Assembly (NCBI GenBank): GCA_009786825.1
Contig: WQRI01000003.1
Location: forward strand, 1-52,977
Reading direction: 5' to 3'
Source of the DNA: Bacillota bacterium
GTDB lineage: Bacteria > Bacillota > Clostridia > Christensenellales > WQRI01
DNA: 52,977 nucleotides
This document shows positions 17,168 through 25,981 of the stretch, one piece after another; positions within the stretch are counted from its first letter, which is position 1, and the number at the start of each line of letters is the position of its first letter. The notes beneath the pieces were generated by a model. The model was not told the origin of the DNA. It worked only from the letters and a program-made list of their open reading frames with translations, and did not search any database. The translations under genes were made by a program, and so were the position numbers.

Positions 17168-20100
17168 ATGAGTAAGGAAAAAAATCAGGTTGCTAAAGCA
17201 ACTGCAACCGATAAAACGAAAAAGCCAGCAGACAAAAAAGTTGTGGCTAAAAAAGAAACTGCTGCTAAAAAGCCAGCGGTAAAAAAAGAAGCGAAGCCAG
17301 CAGTTAAAAAAGAAACTGCTGTTAAGAAGCCTGCTAGTGCGGGTGCTTTAGATATTTCTAAGCAAAAAGCGGCGGCGTACAAAGTGTACGAGGCTAGCAT
17401 TAAAACAATCGCTGGTATAGAAAAAGATTTAGGGGCTTCTCACCTACAGCAAGCAAAAGCACTAGAGGCTGTAAGCAAACTTAACAAGTCGGCGGAAGCG
17501 CTTGTGACTAAGCAAGGCTCACTTCAAAAGCAATCTGATGATGCTAAGAAAAAACTTGAGGTGGCAAACAAAGAAGTTACAACTGCTAAGGCAGAAGTTA
17601 CAAAAGTAAAGGCTACGGCAACAAAAGCAAAGGCAGATGCATCTAAGGCAGAAGCAGATTTTAAAAAGGCGCAAACAAAAGTTGCACCTATTAAAGATGC
17701 GGTTGCAAAACTAGATAAAGAGTTAAAGGGCGCAAACGAAGCAACGCAAAAGGTTAAAAAAGCGGTTGTAGATACGTCCAGTGCGCTTAACACAACGGCT
17801 AAAGATGTAGAGGCTACATCTAAGGCTGTGCAAGATACATCTAAAACATTGCAAGACAGCACTAAGGCTTTAGGGGTTGCTGCTAAAGAAACTATTAAGG
17901 CACTAGAGAAGTTAAACAAAGTAAAAGCGGGTGACGACAAAGCAAAAAAAGCGGCAGAAGCCGAGCATAAAAAAGCGGTTAGCGCAGAAGAAAAGGCTAA
18001 GGCTTCTAACGAGAAGGCTAAGGTTGCAAGCGAAAAAGCAAAAGCGGCAAGCGAAAAGGCTAAGGCTGTAAACGAAAAAGCAAAGGCGGATAATGCTAAG
18101 GCTAAGACTGAGTCTAAAAAGTCTGATGAAAAACTAGCAAATGCGCAAAAAGACCAAAAGGCAAAGCAAGCAGACTTAACAAAGGCAGAGGCAGATGTTG
18201 CTAAGTTGTCTAAAGCGGTTGAGAGTGCAAAAACGGCGCAAAAATCGGCAGAGACAAAAGCGACGGCGCACGAGCAAAAAGTTAAGACGCTTGAGACAAA
18301 ACTTAAAGCAGAAAAAGATAAAGAAACAAAAATTTCGGCAGATATAAATAAAACAAAAGCAGAACTAGATAAAACAAAAAAGCAACTAGTTGTAGAGACT
18401 AAAAAAGAAAAAGACATAACAACTAAAGTATCTAAACTAGAAAAAGATGTAGACAAAGCGGCAAAAGAAAAAGAGAAGGCTTTTAACGCTTTAGTTAAGG
18501 TTATAACAACAGACATCAATCAAACAGAAGCGCAAAAAATTGCGGTAGACAAAGAGTTAACAAACGCTAAAGGGCAAGTTAGCACATTGGCTAAAGAAAA
18601 CACGGCTTTAAGCGCGCAAGTTAAAAAGTTAGAATCAGATGTTGCAAAAGCAACGCAAGGCTCTAACAAGTCGGCAGAAAAGGCAAAGCAGACAGCAGAG
18701 CGTGTTAAAAAGGCGTCGTTAGATGTTAAAGAAGCAAACAAAAAAGTACAAGAGAGTTTAAACGACCTTGTAAAAATAGATAAAGACACTAAAAAAGAAA
18801 GAGACGATTTTGCTAAAGCAGTAGAAAAGGCGGGCGCGCAAGATAAGGCGGCTAGTGATAAGTTAAACGCTAATTTTGCTAAAGCAAAAGCAGATATAGA
18901 TAAGGCTAATGCAAACAAAACAGCGCTAGAAGATGCTAGAAAAAAGGCTACAGAGCAACTAGCGCAAGCGCACCAAAAGTATAAAGATGCAGATGCGAAA
19001 GTTAAACTAGCGGGCAAAGAAAAGGTTTCGGGAGAGCTTCTAGATAAAATTAACAAAACGTTTGCGGGCGCGGCGGAAAGGCTAGAAAAGGCAAAGGCAA
19101 CAGAAAAGACTGCTAAAGACAAAATTGTGGCAAACGACAAACTAGTTAAAGACAAAGAAAAAGAGTTAGCAAAACACAAAGCAGACCTAGACAAACTTAA
19201 CAAAAAAATACAAGCAGACAAAACTAAGAGTGCGGACGCTAAAAAGAAACTAGATGAAAAAATAAAGGGGCTGATAGAAAAAACTAATGCTAAGCGCGAG
19301 GCGGCAAGTAGTGCTAAAGCAAAAGCAGACGAGGCTTTCAAGCAAGCAGAAGCACAAAATGCTCAGATTGTAGATGAAAAGAAAAAGGCAGATGATGTTA
19401 CAAAAACGTTGTCAGCGCAAAAGCAAGATGTAGATAAGAAGTTCCCTGTTGTTGCTAAACAACTAAAAGATGTTGAAGCGACTATTGCAAAAAATGAGCC
19501 TGTATCTAAAGCGCTAGGGGTAGAGATTGCAAGTAAGCGTGCAGAACTAGAGGCACTAATTGGCAAAACTAAAATGCCGGCGGTTAAAAAGCCAGCGGAA
19601 GTTAAAGTTGTTGCTAAGCCAAAACCACCAGCAGTTATTGCTAAGCCTGAGACTAAGGTGGCAGACAAAGCACAACCTAAGGTGGCAGATAAGGCAGAGC
19701 CGGTTAAGCCAGTTGCCCAGCCAATTGTAAGGGACAGAACTGCTGCTAAAGCGGATGCGGCGGCTCAGCGCGAGCAGCAACGTGCAGACCAAGTGGCTGC
19801 TAAACTGCAAAGCCAAAAGCAAGCGGCAGAGGCAGAAGCGGCAAGGCGCGCGACTGCTAAAGTTGAGGGTGATACTAGGCGTGCGGCAGAGCAAGCGGCA
19901 GCGGCTGCAGAGCAAGCGGAAGCAAGGCGTGCAGAAGCACTAGCAAGGCGCGAAGCAGAAGCACAAGAGGCGGCGACTAGCGCAGAAGCGGCAGAGCGCG
20001 AAAAACTAGCGACTCAAAAAGCAGAAGAAAAGGCAGCGGCAGAAAAAGCGACAAGGGAAGCAGAGGCAAAAGAAAGAGCAGAGCGCGAAGCGGCAGAAGC

Positions 20101-20749
20101 AAAAGCAAGGGCAGAGCGCGAGGCACTAGAGCGCGCTAAAAGAGAGGCTCAAGCACGCGAAAAAGCGGCAGAAGCGGTTGCAAAACTTAAGCGCCCAGCA
20201 ACGCCAAGACACCGCCTAAAACAGCACTACATCAACAACGTTATGCCGGCTTTAATGAAAGAGTACGCATACAAAAATGTAATGCAAGTTCCTAAAATAG
20301 ATAAAATCGTACTTAATATGGGGCTAGGCGATGTTAAAGACGACAGCAAAAAACTTCAGCAAGCGGTTAAAGAGTTAGAGCTTATCGCGGGTCAGCGCCC
20401 TGTTATCACTAAGGCTAAAAAATCTATAGCAACATACAGACTACGTCAGGGTATGAGCATAGGTTGTAAGGTAACACTTAGAGGCGAGCGTATGTACGAG
20501 TTTTTAGATAGATTTATCTCAATAGCACTACCAAGAAAGCGCGACTTTAGGGGTATCCCATCAAAGTCTTTCGATGGTAGGGGTAACTACGCAATGGGTA
20601 TAAAAGAACAACTTATTTTCCCAGAAATCTCGTACGATACTGTAGACAAAATAAGGGGCTTCGACATTGCAATTGTTACAACAGCCTACACAGATAAAGA
20701 AGCACTATCTCTACTTAAATCACTAGGCTTACCATTTACGACAAACTAA
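17168..20749 (+). CDS. rplE: 50S ribosomal protein L5 (uL5) fused to an approximately 1015-aa N-terminal Lys/Ala/Glu-rich, coiled-coil-like extension
   Basis: The last approximately 178 aa (from about 20213), [40 protein letters not shown]...[20 protein letters not shown], are canonical L5. A single uninterrupted ORF of 1193 aa. No ATG/GTG/TTG with SD lies at the core boundary. Confidence 0.88.
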   Translation: MSKEKNQVAKATATDKTKKPADKKVVAKKETAAKKPAVKKEAKPAVKKETAVKKPASAGALDISKQKAAAYKVYEASIKTIAGIEKDLGASHLQQAKALEAVSKLNKSAEALVTKQGSLQKQSDDAKKKLEVANKEVTTAKAEVTKVKATATKAKADASKAEADFKKAQTKVAPIKDAVAKLDKELKGANEATQKVKKAVVDTSSALNTTAKDVEATSKAVQDTSKTLQDSTKALGVAAKETIKALEKLNKVKAGDDKAKKAAEAEHKKAVSAEEKAKASNEKAKVASEKAKAASEKAKAVNEKAKADNAKAKTESKKSDEKLANAQKDQKAKQADLTKAEADVAKLSKAVESAKTAQKSAETKATAHEQKVKTLETKLKAEKDKETKISADINKTKAELDKTKKQLVVETKKEKDITTKVSKLEKDVDKAAKEKEKAFNALVKVITTDINQTEAQKIAVDKELTNAKGQVSTLAKENTALSAQVKKLESDVAKATQGSNKSAEKAKQTAERVKKASLDVKEANKKVQESLNDLVKIDKDTKKERDDFAKAVEKAGAQDKAASDKLNANFAKAKADIDKANANKTALEDARKKATEQLAQAHQKYKDADAKVKLAGKEKVSGELLDKINKTFAGAAERLEKAKATEKTAKDKIVANDKLVKDKEKELAKHKADLDKLNKKIQADKTKSADAKKKLDEKIKGLIEKTNAKREAASSAKAKADEAFKQAEAQNAQIVDEKKKADDVTKTLSAQKQDVDKKFPVVAKQLKDVEATIAKNEPVSKALGVEIASKRAELEALIGKTKMPAVKKPAEVKVVAKPKPPAVIAKPETKVADKAQPKVADKAEPVKPVAQPIVRDRTAAKADAAAQREQQRADQVAAKLQSQKQAAEAEAARRATAKVEGDTRRAAEQAAAAAEQAEARRAEALARREAEAQEAATSAEAAEREKLATQKAEEKAAAEKATREAEAKERAEREAAEAKARAEREALERAKREAQAREKAAEAVAKLKRPATPRHRLKQHYINNVMPALMKEYAYKNVMQVPKIDKIVLNMGLGDVKDDSKKLQQAVKELELIAGQRPVITKAKKSIATYRLRQGMSIGCKVTLRGERMYEFLDRFISIALPRKRDFRGIPSKSFDGRGNYAMGIKEQLIFPEISYDTVDKIRGFDIAIVTTAYTDKEALSLLKSLGLPFTTN

Positions 20750-20796
20750 GGGCGAGATGTTGTGGAAAGGCTTCTCAAAGTAAATTAATTTTAAGG

Positions 20797-20835
20797 GTAA
20801 AACAATTCAGAATTCATAATTCAGAATTCGTAATT
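20797..20835 (-). repeat. F1 fragment N (core end plus arm)
   Basis: GTAAAAC then AATTCAGAATTCATAATTCAGAATTCGTAATT, just upstream of rpsN. Same arm type as fragment E. Confidence 0.55.
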
Positions 20836-20844
20836 AAAAAGATT

Positions 20845-21030
20845 ATGGCAAGAGCAGGTATAAAACAAAGACACAAAAAACAGCAGAAATTTGCTGTTAG
20901 AGAATACACAAGGTGCAACATTTGTGGGCGCCCTAAGTCTGTATTCAAAAAATATGGTATTTGCCGTATATGCTTTAGAAACCTAGCGTATAAGGGGCAG
21001 ATTCCGGGGGTTAAAAAGTCCTCCTGGTAG
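20845..21030 (+). CDS. rpsN: 30S ribosomal protein S14, type Z (zinc-binding, 61 aa)
   Basis: [38 protein letters not shown]. Confidence 0.95.
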   Translation: MARAGIKQRHKKQQKFAVREYTRCNICGRPKSVFKKYGICRICFRNLAYKGQIPGVKKSSW

Positions 21031-21215
21031 TATCAAGCACTATAAACGGCGCAATACTTCGTTAAGGTTTACGGTTTTCTTGTTTGCGTACGCCAAGTAC
21101 GCGGCACGGCGAAAATCCGCACCTTTCCGACCGAGCCGTAAACCGTAAGGTTTTAGCCTTTTGCGTAGCAAAAGCGTCAAAAGGCGAGGTGTCTTGCTTG
21201 TTTCTAGCACTTGAT
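21031..21215 (+). repeat. F2 element copy 2 (long form, with the 65-nt module)
   Basis: Starts at the base after TAG. Outer IR TATCAAGCAC.../...GCACTTGATA, hairpin GCGTAC-GCCAA-GTACGC, module CGACCGAGCCGTAAACCGTAAGGTTTTAGCCTTTTGCGTAGCAAAAGCGTCAAAAGGCGAGGTGT at 21128-21192. Confidence 0.88.
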
Positions 21216-21337
21216 ACGACATTCTACTCAATTTGGTTAGTTTAGAAATATTGAATTGTAGAGACATATTCACAAACCAAAATCTAGGGGGTAAGTAGGT
21301 TTTAAGCCTATACTGCTTCCAAGGAGGTATAAATAAA

Positions 21338-21730
21338 ATGACAGATCCTATAGCAGATATGTTAACAAGAATTAGGAATGGGCTGATGGCAAAGCACGAC
21401 ACGGTTGAGATTCCTACAAGCAAAATTAAAAGAGCAATAGCAGATATATTGCTAAGTGAGGGCTTTATAAACAAGGTAGAATACTTCGATGAAAAGCCTC
21501 AAGGCAGTATACGCATAACACTAAAGTACGGCAAGGGTGGCGAAAAGGTTATAAGGGGCATTAAAAGAATATCCAAGCCGGGTCTTAGAATTTACTCGGG
21601 CTATAAAGATATTCCGCGTATTTTAGGTGGTATGGGTGTTGTAATACTTTCTACTCCGCACGGCGTGTTGTCAGACAAAGAAGCAAGGCAACATAAGGTG
21701 GGGGGCGAAGTATTGGCTTATGTATGGTAA
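21338..21730 (+). CDS. rpsH: 30S ribosomal protein S8 (uS8)
   Basis: [15 protein letters not shown]......V.IP.SK.K..IA.IL..EGFI...ISKPGLR.Y......P....G.G..ILST..G...D. SD AGGAGG. Confidence 0.97.
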   Translation: MTDPIADMLTRIRNGLMAKHDTVEIPTSKIKRAIADILLSEGFINKVEYFDEKPQGSIRITLKYGKGGEKVIRGIKRISKPGLRIYSGYKDIPRILGGMGVVILSTPHGVLSDKEARQHKVGGEVLAYVW

Positions 21731-21766
21731 AAGTTCTATGTACTTCGTTATGCTTCGTTGAGATTT
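21731..21766 (+). repeat. F2 left-end fragment
   Basis: AAGTTCTATGTACTTCGTTATGCTTCGTTGAGATTT matches the F2 left end (compare 48961-48990). Begins right after the rpsH TAA. Confidence 0.5.
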
Positions 21767-21922
21767 TTACCAGCAATAATAAAGAATACCCATTAAGTCA
21801 ACTTAGTGGGGAACGCCCGCCTAGTCGCATTTGCGATATATAGGTTGCACCTTTGGTTTATGCCGTTGGTTTGCACTATAAGCAATGCGTTATAAGTTTA
21901 TAGGCGGAAGGAGATAAATATT

Positions 21923-22465
21923 ATGTCAAGAGTTGGAAGAAGCCCGATAGTTATTCCGGCGGGGGTAGAGGTTGATATCAGCGGTACAACCATTACAATC
22001 AAGGGAAAGTTGGGCGAACTTAAAAGAGAAATAAACCCAAGCATCAAGGTGGCTGTTGAGGGTGGCGAAATTATTTTAACAAGGTCGTCTGATGTTAAAC
22101 AGCATAAGTCGCTTCACGGACTATACAGAGCGCTTATTGCAAATATGGTTAAAGGTGTTAGCGAGGGTTGGGAAAAGACGCTTATACTAAATGGTGTTGG
22201 TTACAGAGCGGCAATTGCGGGTAACAAAATAACGCTAAACATAGGCTATTCACACCCAATAGAAGTAACAGCGCCAGACAACTTAAAGGTAGAACTTATC
22301 TCTAACACAGAGATTAAAGTAAGCGGTATATCTAACGAAGAAGTAGGGCAGTTTGCAGCAAACGTAAGGGCATTCAGAAAGCCAGAGCCATATCACGCGT
22401 ACGGAATCAGATATAAAGACGAAGTTATTATACGTAAGGAAGGCAAAACCTCAGGCAAGAAATAA
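21923..22465 (+). CDS. rplF: 50S ribosomal protein L6 (uL6)
   Basis: MSRVGRSPI.IP.GV.V......I..KG.LGEL...GVGYRA......L.L..GYSHP......PEPY.G.GIRY..E. Confidence 0.97.
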   Translation: MSRVGRSPIVIPAGVEVDISGTTITIKGKLGELKREINPSIKVAVEGGEIILTRSSDVKQHKSLHGLYRALIANMVKGVSEGWEKTLILNGVGYRAAIAGNKITLNIGYSHPIEVTAPDNLKVELISNTEIKVSGISNEEVGQFAANVRAFRKPEPYHAYGIRYKDEVIIRKEGKTSGKK

Positions 22466-22653
22466 TTAAAATCCGTATATACTTCGCAATACGGCGTCAA
22501 GGCTTACGGTTTGCGCGGTTACGTACCGAGTGGTACGCGCCCTTGCAAATCCGCGCCTTTTCGACCGAGCCGTAAACCGTAAGGTTTTAGCCTTTTGCGG
22601 TAGCAAAAGCGTCAAAAGGCGAGGTGTCTTGCTTGTATCTACGAATTTTAATT
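22465..22653 (+). repeat. F2 element copy 3 (long form)
   Basis: Outer IR AATTAAAAT/ATTTTAATT. The first A is the last base of the rplF TAA. GCGCGG/CCGCGC stem, hairpin CGTACC-GAG-TGGTACG, 65-nt module at 22562-22627. Confidence 0.88.
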
Positions 22654-22737
22654 CCTTTGAAAGTTAGGCAAGCGAATAAAGAATATTATTTTGCGGGTGG
22701 GGTGAATTGTAACCCCTGCCCAAATGCAACAAAGACA

Positions 22738-22770
22738 CAATTTAAAATTTAACATTTAAAATTTAACATT
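22738..22770. repeat. Solo F1-type arm bracketed by a short IR
   Basis: CAATTTAAAATTTAACATTTAAAATTTAACATT, flanked by AGACACA (22733-22739) and TGTGTCT (22775-22781). Confidence 0.5.
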
Positions 22771-22798
22771 GACGTGTGTCTATAAATAAGGAGAAAGA

Positions 22799-23167
22799 AT
22801 GATTACTAAAAGAGATAGCAATAAAGAGAGAAAAAAGCGTCATAAAAGAGTAAGGGCTAAAGTAAACGGAACGACAGAGAGACCAAGGCTTAATGTTTAC
22901 AGAAGCACGGCTCACATTTATGCACAAGTAATAGACGATGTTAAAGGACACACACTAGCAAGTAGTTCTACACTAGACAAAAAGTTAAAGGCAAAACTTA
23001 AGGGCAAAACAAAAAAAGAACAAGCAAAAATAGTAGGGCTAGATGTTGCTCAAAAGGCAATGGCTAAAAAAGTAACCACAGTAGTATTTGATAGAGGCGG
23101 GTATTTGTACACGGGTCGAGTAAAAGATTTAGCAGACGGGGCTAGAGAGGGTGGTCTAATATTCTAA
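22799..23167 (+). CDS. rplR: 50S ribosomal protein L18 (uL18)
   Basis: [40 protein letters not shown]...[22 protein letters not shown]. Confidence 0.97.
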   Translation: MITKRDSNKERKKRHKRVRAKVNGTTERPRLNVYRSTAHIYAQVIDDVKGHTLASSSTLDKKLKAKLKGKTKKEQAKIVGLDVAQKAMAKKVTTVVFDRGGYLYTGRVKDLADGAREGGLIF

Positions 23168-23227
23168 CAGACAAAACTGAAGCAATTTCTACGATAATTT
23201 TTAGAATAAAAAATAGAGGATATAAAA

Positions 23228-24511
23228 ATGTCAGAAGTTAAAGATAAAACAAAAAAGGAAGCAAAGCCAAAGGCAGAACCTAAAGCAAAGGCTGAAAAAG
23301 CGCCAGCAAAGGCTAAAGCTGAACCTAAGGCTACTACTGCAAAGGCAGAGCCAAAAGCAAAAGCAGAAAAAGTACCTGCTAAGTCTACTGCTACTAAAGT
23401 AGAAAAGCCAAAGGCAGAGCCTAAGGCTAAGGCTGAACCTAAGGCTAAGGCTGAGAAAGCGCCGGCTAAAGCTACTACTGCTAAAGCAGAGAAGCCAAAG
23501 GCTGAGCCTAAGGCTAAGGCGGAGCCAAAAGCAAAAGCTGAAAAAGCACCTGCTAAAGCAAAGGCAGAACCTAAGGCAAAAGCAGAACCAAAAGCAAAAG
23601 CTGAAAAAGCACCTGCTAAGTCTACTGCTACTAAAGCAGAGAAGCCAAAAGCAGAGCCTAAGGCAAAAGCAGAAAAAGCACCTACTAAAGTGGAAAAGCC
23701 AAAGGCTGAGACTAAGCCAAAGGCAGAGCCAAAGAAAGCAGAGCCTAAGGCAGAAAAAGTGGTTGCTGAAAAGGCGGTGGCTAAGGCTACTGCTAAGCCT
23801 GCTGAAAAGGCAGTCGTTGCTGAAAAGCCAACTGATAAGCCAGTTAGGGCAGACAAGGCTACTGCTACTGGGGCAGACAAGGCGGCGGCAAGAACTGGTG
23901 GTGCAGATAGAACAAGACAAACGGATAGACCAGCGGGCAGAGATGGTGAGGCTCAATCTAGCGAAAGAGGTCAGCGCGAACGTGGCGACAGACGCCCACC
24001 AAGAGAGCAAGACGATACAAAGCGTAAACTTATTGCTGTTAGGCGCGTTACTAAAGTTGTTAAGGGCGGACGCAATATGCGATTTAGTGCTTTAGTAGTT
24101 GTAGGGGATGGCGCTGGTATGATAGGCATAGGCTCGGGGCGCGCTAACGAAGTTCCGTCTGCTATTGAAAAGGCGGTGCAAGAAGCAAAGCGCAAAATGC
24201 AAAAGGTTTCACTTTTCGATACAACTATACCGCACAATGTAATCGGCAAGTTTGGCACTTCTCGCGTTATAATGTTACCAGCATCTAGGGGTACTGGTGT
24301 TATAGCGGGTGGTCCGGTTCGTGCTGTTATGGAAGCGGTAGGAATTAAAGATATCAGAACAAAGTGCCACGGCACGAATAACCCTATAAATGTTACAAGG
24401 GCTGTTATAGATGGGCTTATGCAACTAAGAACCAAAGAAGAAGTAGCGGCGCTTAGGGGCAAAACAGTAGCAGAATTAATGGGACAAAAAGAGACTGGGG
24501 AGGTGAAGTAA
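23228..24511 (+). CDS. rpsE: 30S ribosomal protein S5 (uS5) fused to an approximately 264-aa N-terminal KAEPKAKAE-repeat extension
   Basis: Core from about 24020: [55 protein letters not shown]...[25 protein letters not shown] precedes ATG 23228. No internal start at the core boundary. Confidence 0.9.
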   Translation: MSEVKDKTKKEAKPKAEPKAKAEKAPAKAKAEPKATTAKAEPKAKAEKVPAKSTATKVEKPKAEPKAKAEPKAKAEKAPAKATTAKAEKPKAEPKAKAEPKAKAEKAPAKAKAEPKAKAEPKAKAEKAPAKSTATKAEKPKAEPKAKAEKAPTKVEKPKAETKPKAEPKKAEPKAEKVVAEKAVAKATAKPAEKAVVAEKPTDKPVRADKATATGADKAAARTGGADRTRQTDRPAGRDGEAQSSERGQRERGDRRPPREQDDTKRKLIAVRRVTKVVKGGRNMRFSALVVVGDGAGMIGIGSGRANEVPSAIEKAVQEAKRKMQKVSLFDTTIPHNVIGKFGTSRVIMLPASRGTGVIAGGPVRAVMEAVGIKDIRTKCHGTNNPINVTRAVIDGLMQLRTKEEVAALRGKTVAELMGQKETGEVK

Positions 24512-24512
24512 T

Positions 24513-25160
24513 ATGTCTAAAGAGAAAGAAAAAGTAAAGACTACTACCGCCTCAAAGCCAAAGGCAGAGCCTAAAGCAAAGGTAGAAAAGCCAAAGACTG
24601 CGGACAAGCCAAAAGTAGAAAAGGCAAAGGCAGAAAAAACTTCGCCATCTAAAATGGAAAAGCCGGCTACAAAAACCAAAGAAGTTGCTACAAAAACAGA
24701 AAAAGCAAAGGCAGAAGTTACTAAGGCTACAAAGACTACGGAAAAGACTGCACCAAAAACTACAACTGAAAAGGCAGAAAAAACAGCAAGTGCTAAGCAG
24801 TCTGTGCCACAAGTTAAGGCTTCTAAAGCGGCTAGTAAAACTACAAAGTCTAACAGACAAGTTCATATAACTAAAAAAGCAAAAAAGAAGCCAGACTTTA
24901 AAGGCTCTGTAAAAATAGTGCTTGTAAAGTCTACAATTGGGGCTTTACAAAGGCACATAGATACTATTACGTCTTTGGGCTTAAAGCGCATAAGAGACGA
25001 AGTTATACAACCTTTTAACGCGGCAACGGCGGGCAAAATTCACCACATCAAGCACTTAGTAAAAGTAGAATATATGCCTACAACTAATGCCCCAAAAAAG
25101 CCAAAGCACGTAAGCAAGTATAAAGCAAGCAAGTTAGAAGCAGCAAAAAAAGCAAAGTAG
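24513..25160 (+). CDS. rpmD: 50S ribosomal protein L30 (uL30), with an approximately 132-aa N-terminal Lys/Thr/Ala-rich extension and an approximately 25-aa C-terminal tail
   Basis: Core VKIVLVKSTIGALQRHIDTITSLGLKRIRDEVIQPFNAATAGKIHHIKHLVKVE from about 24909. SD GGAGG, and the ATG lies 1 nt after the rpsE TAA. Confidence 0.88.
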   Translation: MSKEKEKVKTTTASKPKAEPKAKVEKPKTADKPKVEKAKAEKTSPSKMEKPATKTKEVATKTEKAKAEVTKATKTTEKTAPKTTTEKAEKTASAKQSVPQVKASKAASKTTKSNRQVHITKKAKKKPDFKGSVKIVLVKSTIGALQRHIDTITSLGLKRIRDEVIQPFNAATAGKIHHIKHLVKVEYMPTTNAPKKPKHVSKYKASKLEAAKKAK

Positions 25161-25162
25161 TC

Positions 25163-25326
25163 AATGTTAAATGTTTAATTTTAAATGTTAAATGGTTAAA
25201 CTCATTATTGCAAATAGTTTCAAACAGCCTGCATTTAATCTTTTATTATAATTTGCAAAATGAGATTTTGCCCGCGCTAAGCGGTGAAACCATTAAACAT
25301 TAAAAATTTAACATTAAAAATTTAAC
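25163..25326 (-). repeat. F1 element copy O (reverse)
   Basis: AATGTTAAATGTTTAATTTTAAATGTTAAATG, GTTAAACTCATT, TTTCAAACAGCC, ATTTGCAAAAT, TTTTGCCCGCGCTAAGCGGTGAAAC, CATTAAACATTAAAAATTTAACATTAAAAATTTAAC. Confidence 0.9.
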
Positions 25327-25341
25327 CAATAGAGGTAATAT

Positions 25342-25788
25342 ATGTTTTTACACGAATTAGCGCCAGCAGATGGTGCAAAAAAAAGAAGGAAGCGCTTAGG
25401 TCGCGGTGTTGGAAGTGGAAAGGGCAAAACCAGCGGAAAGGGTCATAAAGGTCAAAATGCACGCTCTGGCGGTGGTGTTAGACCGGGCTTTGAGGGTGGA
25501 CAAACTCGCCTTGCTATGCGCCTACCAAAGCGTGGCTTTAAAAACAGAAACAAAAAGATTTACACAATAGTAAACCTAGACGACTTAGAAAAGCGTTTTA
25601 AAGCAGGCACAGTTATAGATGCTGCCTTCCTATTAAAAGAGGGTGCTATTTCTAAAATAGAAGAGTACGGGCTTAAAATTTTAGGGGACGGCAACTTAAC
25701 AAAGGCTTTTACTATAAAGGCTAAAAAATTTACAAAGCAAGCAGAAGAAAAAATCACAAAGGCTGGCGGTAAATTTGAAGTTGTATAA
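25342..25788 (+). CDS. rplO: 50S ribosomal protein L15 (uL15)
   Basis: [48 protein letters not shown]. Confidence 0.97.
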   Translation: MFLHELAPADGAKKRRKRLGRGVGSGKGKTSGKGHKGQNARSGGGVRPGFEGGQTRLAMRLPKRGFKNRNKKIYTIVNLDDLEKRFKAGTVIDAAFLLKEGAISKIEEYGLKILGDGNLTKAFTIKAKKFTKQAEEKITKAGGKFEVV

Positions 25789-25857
25789 AGATAAGTTTAA
25801 AACGATGTTTTGTACTATAAAAATTATCGCGAAGCGGGTGTAGCATCCGTTAACAAA

Positions 25858-25917
25858 TCATATCATACAAGAATTTCCTTGTGTAGCGTAGCGGAATAGA
25901 AATTCGTTATGATATGA
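25858..25917. other. Long imperfect hairpin in the rplO-secY spacer
   Basis: TCATATCATA (25858-25867) pairs with TATGATATGA (25908-25917). Inner GAATTTC (25871-25877) pairs with GAAATTC (25899-25905). Confidence 0.55.
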
Positions 25918-25981
25918 CTTTGTTTGGGCGATACTTAAAGAGAGAATACTAAAGCAGGCGGGCTTCGATAAAAGGAGTAAA

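Noticed and set aside
17524-19668. Minus-strand ORFs of 331, 273 and 101 aa (and 19556-19915) opposite the rplE extension
   Set aside because: Same antisense low-complexity artefact. The plus-strand frame is continuous with the L5 core.
20150-20260. The idea that rplE is a normal-length gene and the upstream 1015 codons are a separate gene
   Set aside because: No stop codon separates them, and no ATG/GTG/TTG with an SD lies at the core boundary. The first Met (NNVMPAL) would delete the conserved N-terminal RLKxxY segment. The parallel fusions in rpsQ, rpsE and rpmD make a single accident unlikely. Still flagged for experimental confirmation.
21040-21474. 144-aa minus-strand ORF spanning the rpsN-rpsH spacer and the rpsH 5' end
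   Set aside because: It is mostly translation of F2 copy 2. The same repeat-derived peptide recurs in a plus-strand ORF at 33473-33727, and it overlaps rpsH.
23164-24010. Minus-strand ORFs of 238 and 259 aa, and plus-strand 23763-24095, overlapping rpsE
   Set aside because: These are alternative-frame or antisense readings of the KAEPKAKAE repeat DNA. The rpsE frame is the only one ending in a conserved domain.
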